A stretch of DNA of 62,528 bases, filler included, from a bacterium (GTDB lineage: Bacteria > JBDRGX01): the NCBI GenBank assembly GCA_043817485.1. It is 8 parts of 8 records of this genome, joined end to end, with 100 filler letters (N's around TTAATTAATTAA, not from the genome) between each part and the next. Parts side by side here need not be neighbours in the genome. Positions count along the whole stretch, not along the records: positions 34,580 to 52,779 come from JBDRGX010000135.1; 7 more parts are not named here. The stretch is one strand, 5' to 3'. How positions within the stretch are numbered: the first letter of the stretch is position 1; each line of letters starts with the position of its first letter. The position numbers were made by a program, and so were the translations under genes. Shown in pieces: positions 39,840 to 49,977 of this stretch. The notes under the pieces are model-generated. The model saw only the letters and a list, made by a program, of their open reading frames with translations, was not told where the DNA came from and ran no database searches.

Positions 39840-41111
39840 TTAAAAACTATATTGTATTTTTGTTGTAAATAAAAAATTTATTTCTTCAATTTTTTCAGTA
39901 GAATACCATCTATAAGCATAAGATGACCATAAAAAAAATTTCCACAAAGAATTTAATCGCCAAGTGAAATCAAAAGAAGTTGTATTCCCCCAATATTTTT
40001 TATTAGAATAATTTTCATCAAAAGGACATTTATTTTTTTCTAAATCAGTAATTACTTCCCAATAAAAAATTTTATTTTCATATTGAATAGAAAAAGGTAA
40101 TTTTCTTTTTAAATATGAATATGTCGGATCAGTTTCATCTTTTTTTTTCTCTCTTACATAAGATATTTTAAAAATAAAATTTTCTAAATTATATTCTATT
40201 TCTGGTTCAAATTTTAATAAAAAAGAATTAGTATTATATTCATCTGGTTTTGCATAATCTTCTATTTCCATTTCATTTTTTAAGTTTGTTTTTAAATTCG
40301 AAAACAAAGGAAATTTAAAGTTTAGTAAAGCATTTTGTTCCCAAAGTTTATTTTTATCCGAAGAATTATAATAGTTTTTTATTCTCATTTCATATTCTAA
40401 ATCCAAATTAATTTCTGTATTAAAAGTTTGTTCAAAATCTAAAGCCATTCCGTATTCTTCATAATTTTTTGAATTTTTTTGAGGAATTTCTTCTTCTGCA
40501 TAAAGATCAGATAATAAATCAAAATCTTCTTGGCTTAATTCTTCAGCAAAAGAAAGCATTTTAAAAATCAAATAATCAACTCCAATATTAATATTTGTAT
40601 TAAAAAAAATAGCATAATCTAAATTTGTTTTAATTTGATAAGAATTATAATCATAATTAAATGAATTTGGATTTTTAAATTTATTATACTTAAATTCATT
40701 CCCTAATTCTAATGAAAAATCATCTAAAAAAATAAAATTAAATGCAAAATTAGCTTTTTCATTTATTTCATTATTTCCTTGTTGAGATTTTTCATAATAA
40801 TGTGAAAACAAAAATTCATTAGAAAATTTAAAAAAAATATCATCAGAAAAATTATAATTAAAATTACTTAATAATTCCCCTTCTGCATATTTTTTTGTAT
40901 GTTGTAAATTAGTTTCAGTTTCTAATAAAGTTTTTGAAAAAAGATTAAAAGATTTTTCCAAATTAAAAAAAATTTTTTCTGCCCATTTTTTTTCTTCATA
41001 AATACTATAATAAGAATAATTTTCATTCATTTTTATATAGCCCTTATAAGATTTAGCATAAATAGGGCTTATGAAAATATTTATAAATAATAAAATAAAT
41101 AAAAAATTCAT
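39840..41111 (-). CDS. Predicted outer-membrane beta-barrel protein
   Basis: Signal peptide, aromatic amphipathic strands, terminal IQYSF. Confidence 0.6.
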   Translation of the reverse strand: MNFLFILLFINIFISPIYAKSYKGYIKMNENYSYYSIYEEKKWAEKIFFNLEKSFNLFSKTLLETETNLQHTKKYAEGELLSNFNYNFSDDIFFKFSNEFLFSHYYEKSQQGNNEINEKANFAFNFIFLDDFSLELGNEFKYNKFKNPNSFNYDYNSYQIKTNLDYAIFFNTNINIGVDYLIFKMLSFAEELSQEDFDLLSDLYAEEEIPQKNSKNYEEYGMALDFEQTFNTEINLDLEYEMRIKNYYNSSDKNKLWEQNALLNFKFPLFSNLKTNLKNEMEIEDYAKPDEYNTNSFLLKFEPEIEYNLENFIFKISYVREKKKDETDPTYSYLKRKLPFSIQYENKIFYWEVITDLEKNKCPFDENYSNKKYWGNTTSFDFTWRLNSLWKFFLWSSYAYRWYSTEKIEEINFLFTTKIQYSF

Positions 41112-42421
41112 TTTAATTCCTTTTTTAATTTTTCCAATTTTGAATATAAAGATCTTCGTGTAATTCCTAATAAATTAGCTGCTTTACTTTTATTTCCTTT
41201 TGCATTTTCAATTGTTTTAAAAATAAAATTTTTTTCTAATTCTTCAAGAGAAATTTCTTGTGAATGTGCAGTATCTGAATTTTCTATAAATTTATTTTGA
41301 ATATATAAAGGAAAATGATCAAGTGTAATCAATGATTCTCCAGCAAGAATAGTAGCTCTTTCTATAATATTTTCTAATTCTCTAATATTCCCAGGCCAAT
41401 GATAATTTATTAAACAATTTAATGCTTCACAAGTTATTTTTGAAGATGGTTGATTTAATTTCGAAAGAAAATGAAAAACAAGTTCTGGAATATCTTCTTT
41501 TCTTTCTTTTAAGGAAGGAAGAAAAATAGGAAATACATTAAGACGATAATATAAATCTTCTCTAAATAAATTTTGTTTTATAGCATTTTCTAAATTTTTA
41601 TTAGTAGCAGTAATAATTCTAACATCTGTTTTAATAGTAGTAATTCCACCTAATCTTACAAATTCTCGTTGTTGTAAAATTCTAAGAAGTTTTACTTGAA
41701 TTCCTAAAGAAATTTCTCCAATTTCATCTAAAAATATAGTTCCTTCTTGAGCTAATTCAAATCTTCCTTTTTTTGTTTCATTAGCTCCAGTAAAAGCACC
41801 TTTTTCATAACCAAATAATTCACTTTCTAATAATGTTTCTGGTAAAGCAGCACAACTTACATCAATAAAAGGTTTATCTTTTCTTTTACTATTGTAATGA
41901 ATATTTCTTGCAATAATTTCTTTTCCAGTTCCACTTTCCCCTCTTAAAAGCACTGTAGTATCAGTATCAATTACTTTTGAAACCATTTCAAAAACTTTTT
42001 TTATACTACTACTTGTACCAATTACAGTATCAGATTTATTTTTTTCATTTTTAAAAAGATTTTTTTTTCTTTCTTCTATTTTTTTTATTTTAAATTCTAA
42101 TTCATCTAAAGGGAAGGGCTTAATAATATAATCATAAGCACCTTTTTTCATTGCATCTACAGCATTAGTAACACTTGCATAAGCTGTCATTATAATTATA
42201 TCTATGGAATAATCATATTGTTTTATTTTTTCAAGTAAAACCAAACCATTCATATCTGGCATTTTAAAATCAGTAATAACCAAATCAAATTTTAATTTGG
42301 TTATTTTTTCAAGAGATTGTGTTCCATTATAAGCAGTTTCTACTTTATGTCCATTTTTTTCTAACATCATTTTTAAAATTTTACACATTTTTTCTTCATC
42401 ATCAACAACTAATATATTCAT
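41108..42421 (-). CDS. Sigma-54-dependent response regulator (NtrC/AtoC type)
   Basis: REC domain (VDDE, D.KMP), GESGTGKE, ESELFG.EKGAFTGA, Fis-type HTH. Confidence 0.95.
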   Translation of the reverse strand: MNILVVDDEEKMCKILKMMLEKNGHKVETAYNGTQSLEKITKLKFDLVITDFKMPDMNGLVLLEKIKQYDYSIDIIIMTAYASVTNAVDAMKKGAYDYIIKPFPLDELEFKIKKIEERKKNLFKNEKNKSDTVIGTSSSIKKVFEMVSKVIDTDTTVLLRGESGTGKEIIARNIHYNSKRKDKPFIDVSCAALPETLLESELFGYEKGAFTGANETKKGRFELAQEGTIFLDEIGEISLGIQVKLLRILQQREFVRLGGITTIKTDVRIITATNKNLENAIKQNLFREDLYYRLNVFPIFLPSLKERKEDIPELVFHFLSKLNQPSSKITCEALNCLINYHWPGNIRELENIIERATILAGESLITLDHFPLYIQNKFIENSDTAHSQEISLEELEKNFIFKTIENAKGNKSKAANLLGITRRSLYSKLEKLKKELK

Positions 42422-42449
42422 AATCTATTTCATTACCTTTGTTATTATT

Positions 42450-44144
42450 TTAGACTATTCCTTCAATATCTTCTATTTTTAATTGAATAGAAGATACATT
42501 TTGAAAAGTATTAATGCTTGGAGAATAAACTAAATTTATTTTAGAAAAATTTTCTTTTTTAAAATAATCTGCTAAACCAAACCCAATTGCTTCTCTTATT
42601 AAAGTTCCTTCTTTAACTAATAATTTCACATGAATTCCTTTTAATATTTGAGGATAGCCCATAATTTGTAATCCAGTACTTAAAAAAATAGGTCGTGGAT
42701 TAGAAATACCAAAGGGAGCAAGCATATTTATTTCTTTAATTAAATCAAAATTTACTTCTTGTAAAGAAATAGAAGCATCTATTTTAATTTTTGGTTTAGA
42801 TAATTCTTGAGATAAATTTTTTTCTGCATATTCTTGCATATTTTCATTAAATTCTTCTATTTTTTCTGCTTGAATTTCTAATCCAGCAGCTAATTTATGT
42901 CCTCCAAAACTTTTCAAAAAAGAACTACAAGATAATAAAGATTTGTATATATGAAATTCCGATATACTTCGAGCAGATCCTTTTCCTTCTCCATTTACAA
43001 TACTAATAATAATTGTTGGTTTTTTATATTTTTCAACAATTCTTGAAGCAACAATTCCAATAACCCCAATATGCCAATCCTTATTAGAAATAATTAATAT
43101 TTTTTGATCTTTTAATTTTTGTGATGATTCGATTTTTTCTACTGCTTCTTCAAAAATTTCTTTTTCAATACTTTGACGAATTTTGTTTTTACAATCTAAG
43201 TCATTAGAAATTTGCAATGTTTTTTTTTCATCATTTGTAATAAACAACTCTACAGCTTCTTTTGCATCGCTTAATCGCCCTAAAACATTTATTCGAGGAC
43301 CTAAAATAAAACTTAAATGATAACTTTCAATATTTTTATTTAATCCAGCTATTTTTTTTGAAGATGTAATTCCTAAATTAGAATTTTTGTTAATTACTTC
43401 AAGTCCTTTTTTAACTAAAGTTCTATTTTCGTTTATAAGAGGAGATACATCAACAACAGTTCCTATGCTTACTAAATCAAGAAAATTAAAAATTTCTTTT
43501 GAAGAGGGATCAAGTTTAGAAAAAAGACATTGGCTAAGTTTAAAAGCAACTCCTACTCCTGCTAAATCTTTAAAAGGATAATTATCATCTTTTCTTTTTG
43601 GAGAAATAATTGCAAGTGCTTCTGGTAAATTTTCTTTTGCTTCATGATGATCAGTAATAATAACATCTAATCCTATTTTTTTAGCATATAATATTTCAGA
43701 AAAAGAAGTAATTCCACAATCAACTGTAATTACTAATGAGTATCCTTGTTTTTTAATTTTTTCAAGAGATTCTTGATTTAACCCATAACCTTGATTAAAT
43801 CGTAATGGAATATAATCATCAACATTTATTCCAAAATGTCTAAAAGTTAATATTAATAAAGAAACACTTGTAATTCCATCAGCATCATAATCTCCATAAA
43901 TAATAATTTTCTCTTTTTTGTTAATTGCTTGTAAAATTCTATCACAAGCAATATCCATATCTTTTAAAAGAAAAGGAGAATGAAGTGTATCTAAAGAAGG
44001 GGTTAAAAAATTTTTAATATCTTCTAAAGAAGTTAATTCACGATTAATTAAAATTTGAGATAAAATAGAAGAAATATTTAATGAATTAGAAATTTCTTCT
44101 TGAAGTAATGTTTGCTTTGGATAAATATACCAATTATCTTTCAT
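42450..44144 (-). CDS. recJ: ssDNA exonuclease RecJ
   Basis: GDYDADG, TVDCG, TDHH, GSARS, GGHKLAAG; ATG at 44144 follows AAGGA. Confidence 0.95.
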   Translation of the reverse strand: MKDNWYIYPKQTLLQEEISNSLNISSILSQILINRELTSLEDIKNFLTPSLDTLHSPFLLKDMDIACDRILQAINKKEKIIIYGDYDADGITSVSLLILTFRHFGINVDDYIPLRFNQGYGLNQESLEKIKKQGYSLVITVDCGITSFSEILYAKKIGLDVIITDHHEAKENLPEALAIISPKRKDDNYPFKDLAGVGVAFKLSQCLFSKLDPSSKEIFNFLDLVSIGTVVDVSPLINENRTLVKKGLEVINKNSNLGITSSKKIAGLNKNIESYHLSFILGPRINVLGRLSDAKEAVELFITNDEKKTLQISNDLDCKNKIRQSIEKEIFEEAVEKIESSQKLKDQKILIISNKDWHIGVIGIVASRIVEKYKKPTIIISIVNGEGKGSARSISEFHIYKSLLSCSSFLKSFGGHKLAAGLEIQAEKIEEFNENMQEYAEKNLSQELSKPKIKIDASISLQEVNFDLIKEINMLAPFGISNPRPIFLSTGLQIMGYPQILKGIHVKLLVKEGTLIREAIGFGLADYFKKENFSKINLVYSPSINTFQNVSSIQLKIEDIEGIV

Positions 44145-44153
44145 TTTTTCCTT

Positions 44154-44338
44154 ATACCAAATCACATTTAAACGCTAAATGTGTTGGCTTCTTGTGTCCC
44201 CCGCTGGCGGGGATGTCCGTTAGGACGGGGGTGGAATTCTTTAATACATATTCGTCGCCTTCTTCTTGTGCCTTGTTATTATATGAAATTTTAGATTTTG
44301 GATTAAAAAATCTCATATTTTTGAATACAAATTAGTAT
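44154..44338 (-). mobile_element. MITE-like copy (inverted) with a nested REP-like insertion
   Basis: Reverse complement matches the 12237 element (ATAACAAGGC..AGAAGGCGAC, GAAGCCAACACA.TTAGCGTTT); inner CCCCGCTGGCGGGG and GTCCGTTAGGAC hairpins. Confidence 0.7.
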
Positions 44339-44364
44339 TAAAAATTCTATTAATTATTTTTTGT

Positions 44365-45093
44365 TTATTTTAATATATATTTTAATGGAATTATTCCCCA
44401 TTGTCTTTCTTGTTTTGCATTTCGAGGCAAAGATTCAAATCGCCATTTTTTAAGTATTTCAATTGCTTTTTTTTCTAAATTTGTATCTCCTTTTTGTAAA
44501 GGAATTACAGTACTTACTCTGCCATCAGGTTCCACCCAAAATTTTAATGAAATAGCAATTGCAATTTGTTTTGAATGTTCAAATTTTTCACGATGAATTA
44601 TATTTCTTTTTGCTTCTGTTATTGGGCCAGATATATTTAATTTACCAGCAAATTCTCCAAATTGAGCCGCATTTTCAACACCAGCTGGTTCAGTATAAAC
44701 TAATTTTTCAATTTCTTGTATTTGTGGAGCCACAGCTTTTTCTATTTCTTTTAAATTATTAAAAATAGGTTTAGATTCTTTTTTTTCTAATGGTTTTTCA
44801 ATATCTTTTTTGAAAATACTAAATTTTTCTTTAGTAATTATATTTTTTTCTTGCTCAATTTTAACATCTGTAAAATTTTCTTTTTCAGTTAAAGATTTTA
44901 TTTGATAAGGTACTTGAGATTTGTATTGTAAAGAACCTTGTGGAAATAAACTTGTACCAATAAGTTCTACTTCTGTTAAAGTATAAACCATTTTTTTTTG
45001 ATAAACACTAAACAAAGAAATAGAAACTAAAATAAGTATATGAATTCCTAAAGAAATTAAAAAAGCAATATTTTGTCTTGTATCTTTTAACAC
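44365..45093 (-). CDS. TonB-family energy transducer
   Basis: N-terminal TM SLGIH, C-terminal FWVEPDGRV...KKWRF; follows exbD. Confidence 0.75.
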   Translation of the reverse strand: MLKDTRQNIAFLISLGIHILILVSISLFSVYQKKMVYTLTEVELIGTSLFPQGSLQYKSQVPYQIKSLTEKENFTDVKIEQEKNIITKEKFSIFKKDIEKPLEKKESKPIFNNLKEIEKAVAPQIQEIEKLVYTEPAGVENAAQFGEFAGKLNISGPITEAKRNIIHREKFEHSKQIAIAISLKFWVEPDGRVSTVIPLQKGDTNLEKKAIEILKKWRFESLPRNAKQERQWGIIPLKYILK

Positions 45094-45107
45094 GATAATA
45101 TCTCCAA

Positions 45108-45521
45108 TTATCTTAATTCTTTAGGTTGTGTAGCAATAGCTAATTTTTCAACACCTACTATTTTACCAATATCCATTACTTTTACTACTAAACCATGACG
45201 AGTATTTTCATCGGCTTTAATAATTAAAATTTTATCTTTAGAAAAAGAAATAAGCCCTTTAAGTTTTTTAGGTAAATCAATAATACTGATTGGACTATCC
45301 ATTAAATATATAACGCCTTCTTCTGTAAGAGAAATAACAATTTCTTTTTCCAATTGTGCTTCAGAACTTACAGTAGAAGGTAAATTTACTTTTATTCCTG
45401 GTTGCATTACAAAACTTGAAGATAAAATAATGAAAATAAGAAGTTGAAAAACTACATCTACTAAAGGAGTTAAATTAAATTGAAAAGATGAAATATCTAA
45501 ATCAGTTTTTTTAAACTTCAT
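45108..45521 (-). CDS. exbD: ExbD/TolR biopolymer transport protein
   Basis: [26 protein letters not shown]. Confidence 0.9.
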   Translation of the reverse strand: MKFKKTDLDISSFQFNLTPLVDVVFQLLIFIILSSSFVMQPGIKVNLPSTVSSEAQLEKEIVISLTEEGVIYLMDSPISIIDLPKKLKGLISFSKDKILIIKADENTRHGLVVKVMDIGKIVGVEKLAIATQPKELR

Positions 45522-46143
45522 TTTCTTTTCCTTTTGATAAAAATTCCACAAGTTCACTAGAACTTTTTTCCATATCTAATACAAATTTATTTACATTAGA
45601 TATTAAATAATTATATCCTACTAAAGTAGGAATAGCCACAATTAAACCAGCAACAGTAGTTAATAAAGCTTCCCAAATTCCACCAGCCAAAACACTTGCA
45701 TTTACTTGTCCACCCATGCTTTCTATTTTCATAAATACCTTTACCATTCCTAAAACAGTACCTAAAAAACCTAATAAAGGAGCAATTGTTCCTATTGTGG
45801 CAAGAGCTCTCATATATCTTTCTAATACTGGAACTACTTGATTTCCAGTATCTAAAATAGATTCTTTTATCTCTTCTCTATTTTTATCGCTTTTAGATAT
45901 TCCAGATTTAAATATTTGAGCAACTGGACTTTTTGAACTTTCACAAATAGCAAGTGCTTCTATTTTTTTATTTGCTTTTAAATAAATTCTAATTTGCAAA
46001 ATAAAATCAACTGTTTCTTTTTTTATTTTACGAAGATAATAAAATCTTTCTATAAAAATAGTAAGAGCAAAAAGAGAAGAAATCATTATAAATGGCATAC
46101 AAATACCACCTTTTTCAAAAATCCAAAATATATTACTACTCAT
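45511..46143 (-). CDS. exbB: ExbB/TolQ/MotA proton channel protein
   Basis: [13 protein letters not shown] and [17 protein letters not shown]. Confidence 0.9.
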   Translation of the reverse strand: MSSNIFWIFEKGGICMPFIMISSLFALTIFIERFYYLRKIKKETVDFILQIRIYLKANKKIEALAICESSKSPVAQIFKSGISKSDKNREEIKESILDTGNQVVPVLERYMRALATIGTIAPLLGFLGTVLGMVKVFMKIESMGGQVNASVLAGGIWEALLTTVAGLIVAIPTLVGYNYLISNVNKFVLDMEKSSSELVEFLSKGKENEV

Positions 46144-46376
46144 TATTTTAAGCCTCCTGTTATTTTTCATATGTTTACAAATAAAAAAAATATTTTTTGT
46201 ATTTTTTTTACTATTATTTTTAATAAGTCAAGAAAAAACACAAACTTTATTAAAAATTAAAAAAACTATTTTTCAAGCAATATTTTCTTAAAACTTGACA
46301 AAATAAAAATTTATTATTATTTTGTCTTTTTTTACAAGTAATTTATTTTTAATAAATAATAAAAAAGGAAGTAATT

Positions 46377-48338
46377 TTGATTCAAATACAAAATATATCT
46401 AAATCTTTTGGAGGAAAAGTTTTATTCAATAATTGTAGTTTATTATTGCAAGATAGAGAAAAAATAGCGATTGTTGGTGCTAATGGTACTGGGAAAAGTA
46501 CTTTTTTTAAAATTATTATGGGGGAAATTAAACAAGATAAAGGAGAAATAATTATTCCTAAAAACACTAAGATAGGTTATCTTCCTCAAGAAATAGTTAT
46601 TTCTACAAATGAAACTGTTTTAAATGAAGTTTTATCTTTTTCTCCAGAACTTGTAAAATTAGAAAAAGAAAAGGAAATTTTGGAACATAAAATTGCCAAA
46701 ACTTCAGAAAATGATAAAAATTTAAAAAATCTTTTAGAAGAATATGGGACTTTACAAGAATCTTTAGAACATTTATCTGGTTATGATACAGAATCAAAAG
46801 CAAAAAAAATATTACAAGGTTTAGGATTTAATCAAAACGATTTTTCTCGTTATACATCTAATTTTAGTGGTGGTTGGTTAATGCGAATTGCATTATCTAA
46901 ATTGCTTTTATTGTCTCCAAATATTTTACTTTTAGATGAACCAACAAATCATTTAGATTTATATTCTGTAATTTGGTTACAAGAATATTTGCTTTCTTAT
47001 CCTGGAACTATTATTTTTACTTCTCATGATAGGGATTTTGTAAATAAAGTAACAACAAAAATATTAGAATTAGAAAATAGTCAAATTACAAGTTTTAGTG
47101 GTAATTTTGATTTTTATCAACAACAAAAAAAACAAAGATTAGATTCATTAATTTCTGCGAAAAAAAATCAAGATAGAAAAATAGAGCAATTAGAAAAATT
47201 TATTGAAAAATTTAAAGCTAAAAATACAAAAGCCACTCAAGCAAGAAGTAAAATGAAAATGTTAGAAAAAATGGAAAAAATAGAATTACCACAATCAACA
47301 CAACAAATTCATTTCTCTTTACAACAACCAGAACATAAAGGTGGAAAAGAATCTATAATATTAGAAAATATTACTAAAAAATATGAAGAAAATACGGTTT
47401 ATAAAAATTTGAACTTAACTTTATATAGAGGAGAAAAAGTTGTTTTAGTTGGCTTTAATGGAAGCGGAAAATCTACTTTATTAAAAATACTTGCTGGTGT
47501 TTTGAATTTTGATTCTGGACAAAAAAAAACAGGCCATAAAATAAAGATAGCTTATTATGCTCAACATCAATTAGAAATGCTTAAAGCCGAAAATACTATT
47601 TGGGATGAAATTTTAAGTGTTTCTTGTGAATATGATCAAAATTATTTACGAAAAATTTTAGGTTCTTTTTTATTTAAACAAGATGATATTTATAAAAAAG
47701 TTAAAGTATTAAGTGGAGGAGAAAAAAGTCGTTTAACGCTTGCAAAAATTTTACTTAATCCCCCAAATTTATTATTAATGGATGAACCAGTTAATCATTT
47801 GGATATTCAATCAAGAGATGTTTTAAAAAATGCATTAAAATTATATACTGGAACATTATGTTTTATTAGTCATGATATAGATTTTATTCGTGGAGTTGCT
47901 AATAAAGTAATAGAAGTTAAAAATGGTCAATTATTCCATTATCCAGGAGATGTGGATTATTATTTTTATAAAAAAAAATTAAATGAAACAAAAGTTGTTG
48001 AATCTTTAAATATTACAGAAAAAACTCCAAAAATTCAAAAAAAAAAAGAGATTGATTTTAATAAAAAAAAAGAAGCTGAACAAAGAAATAAAAAACATCA
48101 ATTTGAAAAAGAAATAAAAGAAAAATTTGAAAAAGTAGAAAAAGAATTAAAAAAATCAGAAAAAGAATTAGAAGAAATTAACAATTTATTAATGGATCCA
48201 AACACTTATAAAACTCATCCAGACTTTGCTAGTTTGAATAAAAAACAAAAAGAAATAACTATACTTATAAAAAAATTAAATGACGATTTTTTAAAATGTT
48301 TGGAAAAAATGGAAGAAATTGATAAAGAAATTTTATGA
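46377..48338 (+). CDS. ABC-F family ATPase
   Basis: Two ABC domains (GANGTGKS, FSGGW, LDEPTNHLD; GFNGSGKS, LSGGEK), no TM, coiled-coil tail. Confidence 0.93.
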   Translation: MIQIQNISKSFGGKVLFNNCSLLLQDREKIAIVGANGTGKSTFFKIIMGEIKQDKGEIIIPKNTKIGYLPQEIVISTNETVLNEVLSFSPELVKLEKEKEILEHKIAKTSENDKNLKNLLEEYGTLQESLEHLSGYDTESKAKKILQGLGFNQNDFSRYTSNFSGGWLMRIALSKLLLLSPNILLLDEPTNHLDLYSVIWLQEYLLSYPGTIIFTSHDRDFVNKVTTKILELENSQITSFSGNFDFYQQQKKQRLDSLISAKKNQDRKIEQLEKFIEKFKAKNTKATQARSKMKMLEKMEKIELPQSTQQIHFSLQQPEHKGGKESIILENITKKYEENTVYKNLNLTLYRGEKVVLVGFNGSGKSTLLKILAGVLNFDSGQKKTGHKIKIAYYAQHQLEMLKAENTIWDEILSVSCEYDQNYLRKILGSFLFKQDDIYKKVKVLSGGEKSRLTLAKILLNPPNLLLMDEPVNHLDIQSRDVLKNALKLYTGTLCFISHDIDFIRGVANKVIEVKNGQLFHYPGDVDYYFYKKKLNETKVVESLNITEKTPKIQKKKEIDFNKKKEAEQRNKKHQFEKEIKEKFEKVEKELKKSEKELEEINNLLMDPNTYKTHPDFASLNKKQKEITILIKKLNDDFLKCLEKMEEIDKEIL

Positions 48339-48376
48339 ATTATTTTTATATTGTAATTTTAAAATAAGGGATAAAT

Positions 48377-49492
48377 TTGTTTAAAGTATCTATTGTAAAA
48401 TGTGATTCTTATGAATATGAAAAAGTATATGAATCTATAAAAAAATCTATTGATTTAATTGGAGGATTAGAACAATTTAATCTTTCTAATAAAAAAGTTC
48501 TTTTAAAACCAAATTTACTCAATTCAAAACCAATAGAAAAAGCGGTTACAACACATCCATTAATAATTAAAGCAGTTTCTTCTTTAGTTAAAAAAGTTTC
48601 AGGAAACCCAATTATTGGAGATAAACCTGGTTATGAATCATTGAATAAAGTTTTAGAAAAAACGGGTATTAAACAAATTTGTGAAATTCCTTATGTGGAT
48701 TTCAAAGAATTTGTTTCTGTCTCTTGCAAAAACGGATTTTTCAAAGAACATTTAATTGCTCAAGAAGTATTAAATAGTCCTTTTATTATTAACCTTCCTA
48801 AAATTAAAACTCATACACATATGAAACTTACATTATCTATAAAAAATCTTTTTGGTTGTGTTACTCCTCCAAAAAGAATTGATTGGCATTTAAAAACAGG
48901 AATTCATAAAGAACATTTTGCTACAATGTTAGTAGAATTATATGAACTTATTAAACCACAACTTACTATTGTTGATGGAGTTATAGGAATGGAAGGAGAT
49001 GGTCCAAGTTCTGGAGATCCTAAAAAAATTGGATTAATTATTGCTGGAACAAATGGACATTCTGTAGATAGAGTAATTTCTGAAATTTTAGGCATAGGAA
49101 AGAATTTATATACTTTACAAGCAGCGTTAAAAAAAGGTATTAAAGGAATAAATTTAGATGAAATTGAAATTGTCGGAGAAAATATAGAATCTGTTAAAAT
49201 TCATAATTTTAAATTTCCAGATACTGAACAAAGTGATATAGGAGTAATAATTCCTGCTTTTTTAAAAATTCCTTTGAAAAAGTTTTTTACTTCAAAGCCT
49301 GTTATTATAGAAAAATTATGCAAAAAATGTAAAGTTTGTTTAGAAAATTGTCCTCCTCATGCAATTACAGAATACAAAAAAAAATTACAAATAAATTATT
49401 CTGTTTGTATTAAATGTTTTTGTTGTCAAGAATTTTGTCCTTATGATGCTATTAAAATAAAAAAAGGGCTTTTGGATCGATTGAAATTTTAA
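48377..49492 (+). CDS. DUF362 protein with C-terminal 2x[4Fe-4S] domain
   Basis: VLLKPN, TTHP, INLPKIKTH, KNLFG, GMEGDGP; CKKCKVC...CP and CIKCFCCQEFCP. Confidence 0.88.
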   Translation: MFKVSIVKCDSYEYEKVYESIKKSIDLIGGLEQFNLSNKKVLLKPNLLNSKPIEKAVTTHPLIIKAVSSLVKKVSGNPIIGDKPGYESLNKVLEKTGIKQICEIPYVDFKEFVSVSCKNGFFKEHLIAQEVLNSPFIINLPKIKTHTHMKLTLSIKNLFGCVTPPKRIDWHLKTGIHKEHFATMLVELYELIKPQLTIVDGVIGMEGDGPSSGDPKKIGLIIAGTNGHSVDRVISEILGIGKNLYTLQAALKKGIKGINLDEIEIVGENIESVKIHNFKFPDTEQSDIGVIIPAFLKIPLKKFFTSKPVIIEKLCKKCKVCLENCPPHAITEYKKKLQINYSVCIKCFCCQEFCPYDAIKIKKGLLDRLKF

Positions 49493-49494
49493 TT

Positions 49495-49905
49495 ATGAAA
49501 ATATTCAAAAAAGTACAAATTTATATTTATAAAAAAAATGAAAATATTCAATACTTGCTTTTAAAAAGATCTTTTTGTTTAGGAAATTATTGGCAGGGAA
49601 TTACTGGAAAAGTAGAAAAAAATGAAACTTTTGAACAAGCAGGTATTAGAGAAGCTTATGAAGAAACTGGACTTACAATTTTCAATAAAATCATAGGGCC
49701 TGTTTCTTTGCAAAATTTTAATAAAAATAATAAAAGTTATCAAGAAGCTGTTTTTGGAATTGAAGTTCAAGAATTAGATGTAAAATTGAGTTTAGAGCAT
49801 ACAGAATATTGTTGGTTAAAATATGAAGAAGCATATGAAATGCTATATTGGGATGAAAATAAAAAAGGTTTATTAAAACTTAAAGAAAAACTATTGAGTT
49901 TGTAG
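49495..49905 (+). CDS. NUDIX hydrolase (NudB-like)
   Basis: WQGITGKVEKNETFEQAGIREAYEETG Nudix box; LSLEH. Confidence 0.88.
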   Translation: MKIFKKVQIYIYKKNENIQYLLLKRSFCLGNYWQGITGKVEKNETFEQAGIREAYEETGLTIFNKIIGPVSLQNFNKNNKSYQEAVFGIEVQELDVKLSLEHTEYCWLKYEEAYEMLYWDENKKGLLKLKEKLLSL

Positions 49906-49977
49906 AATTTTTGAAATTATTTTAATGAATTACTTTGTAATAATCTGTAATAAATCCAATTTTGAAATGGTAATAAA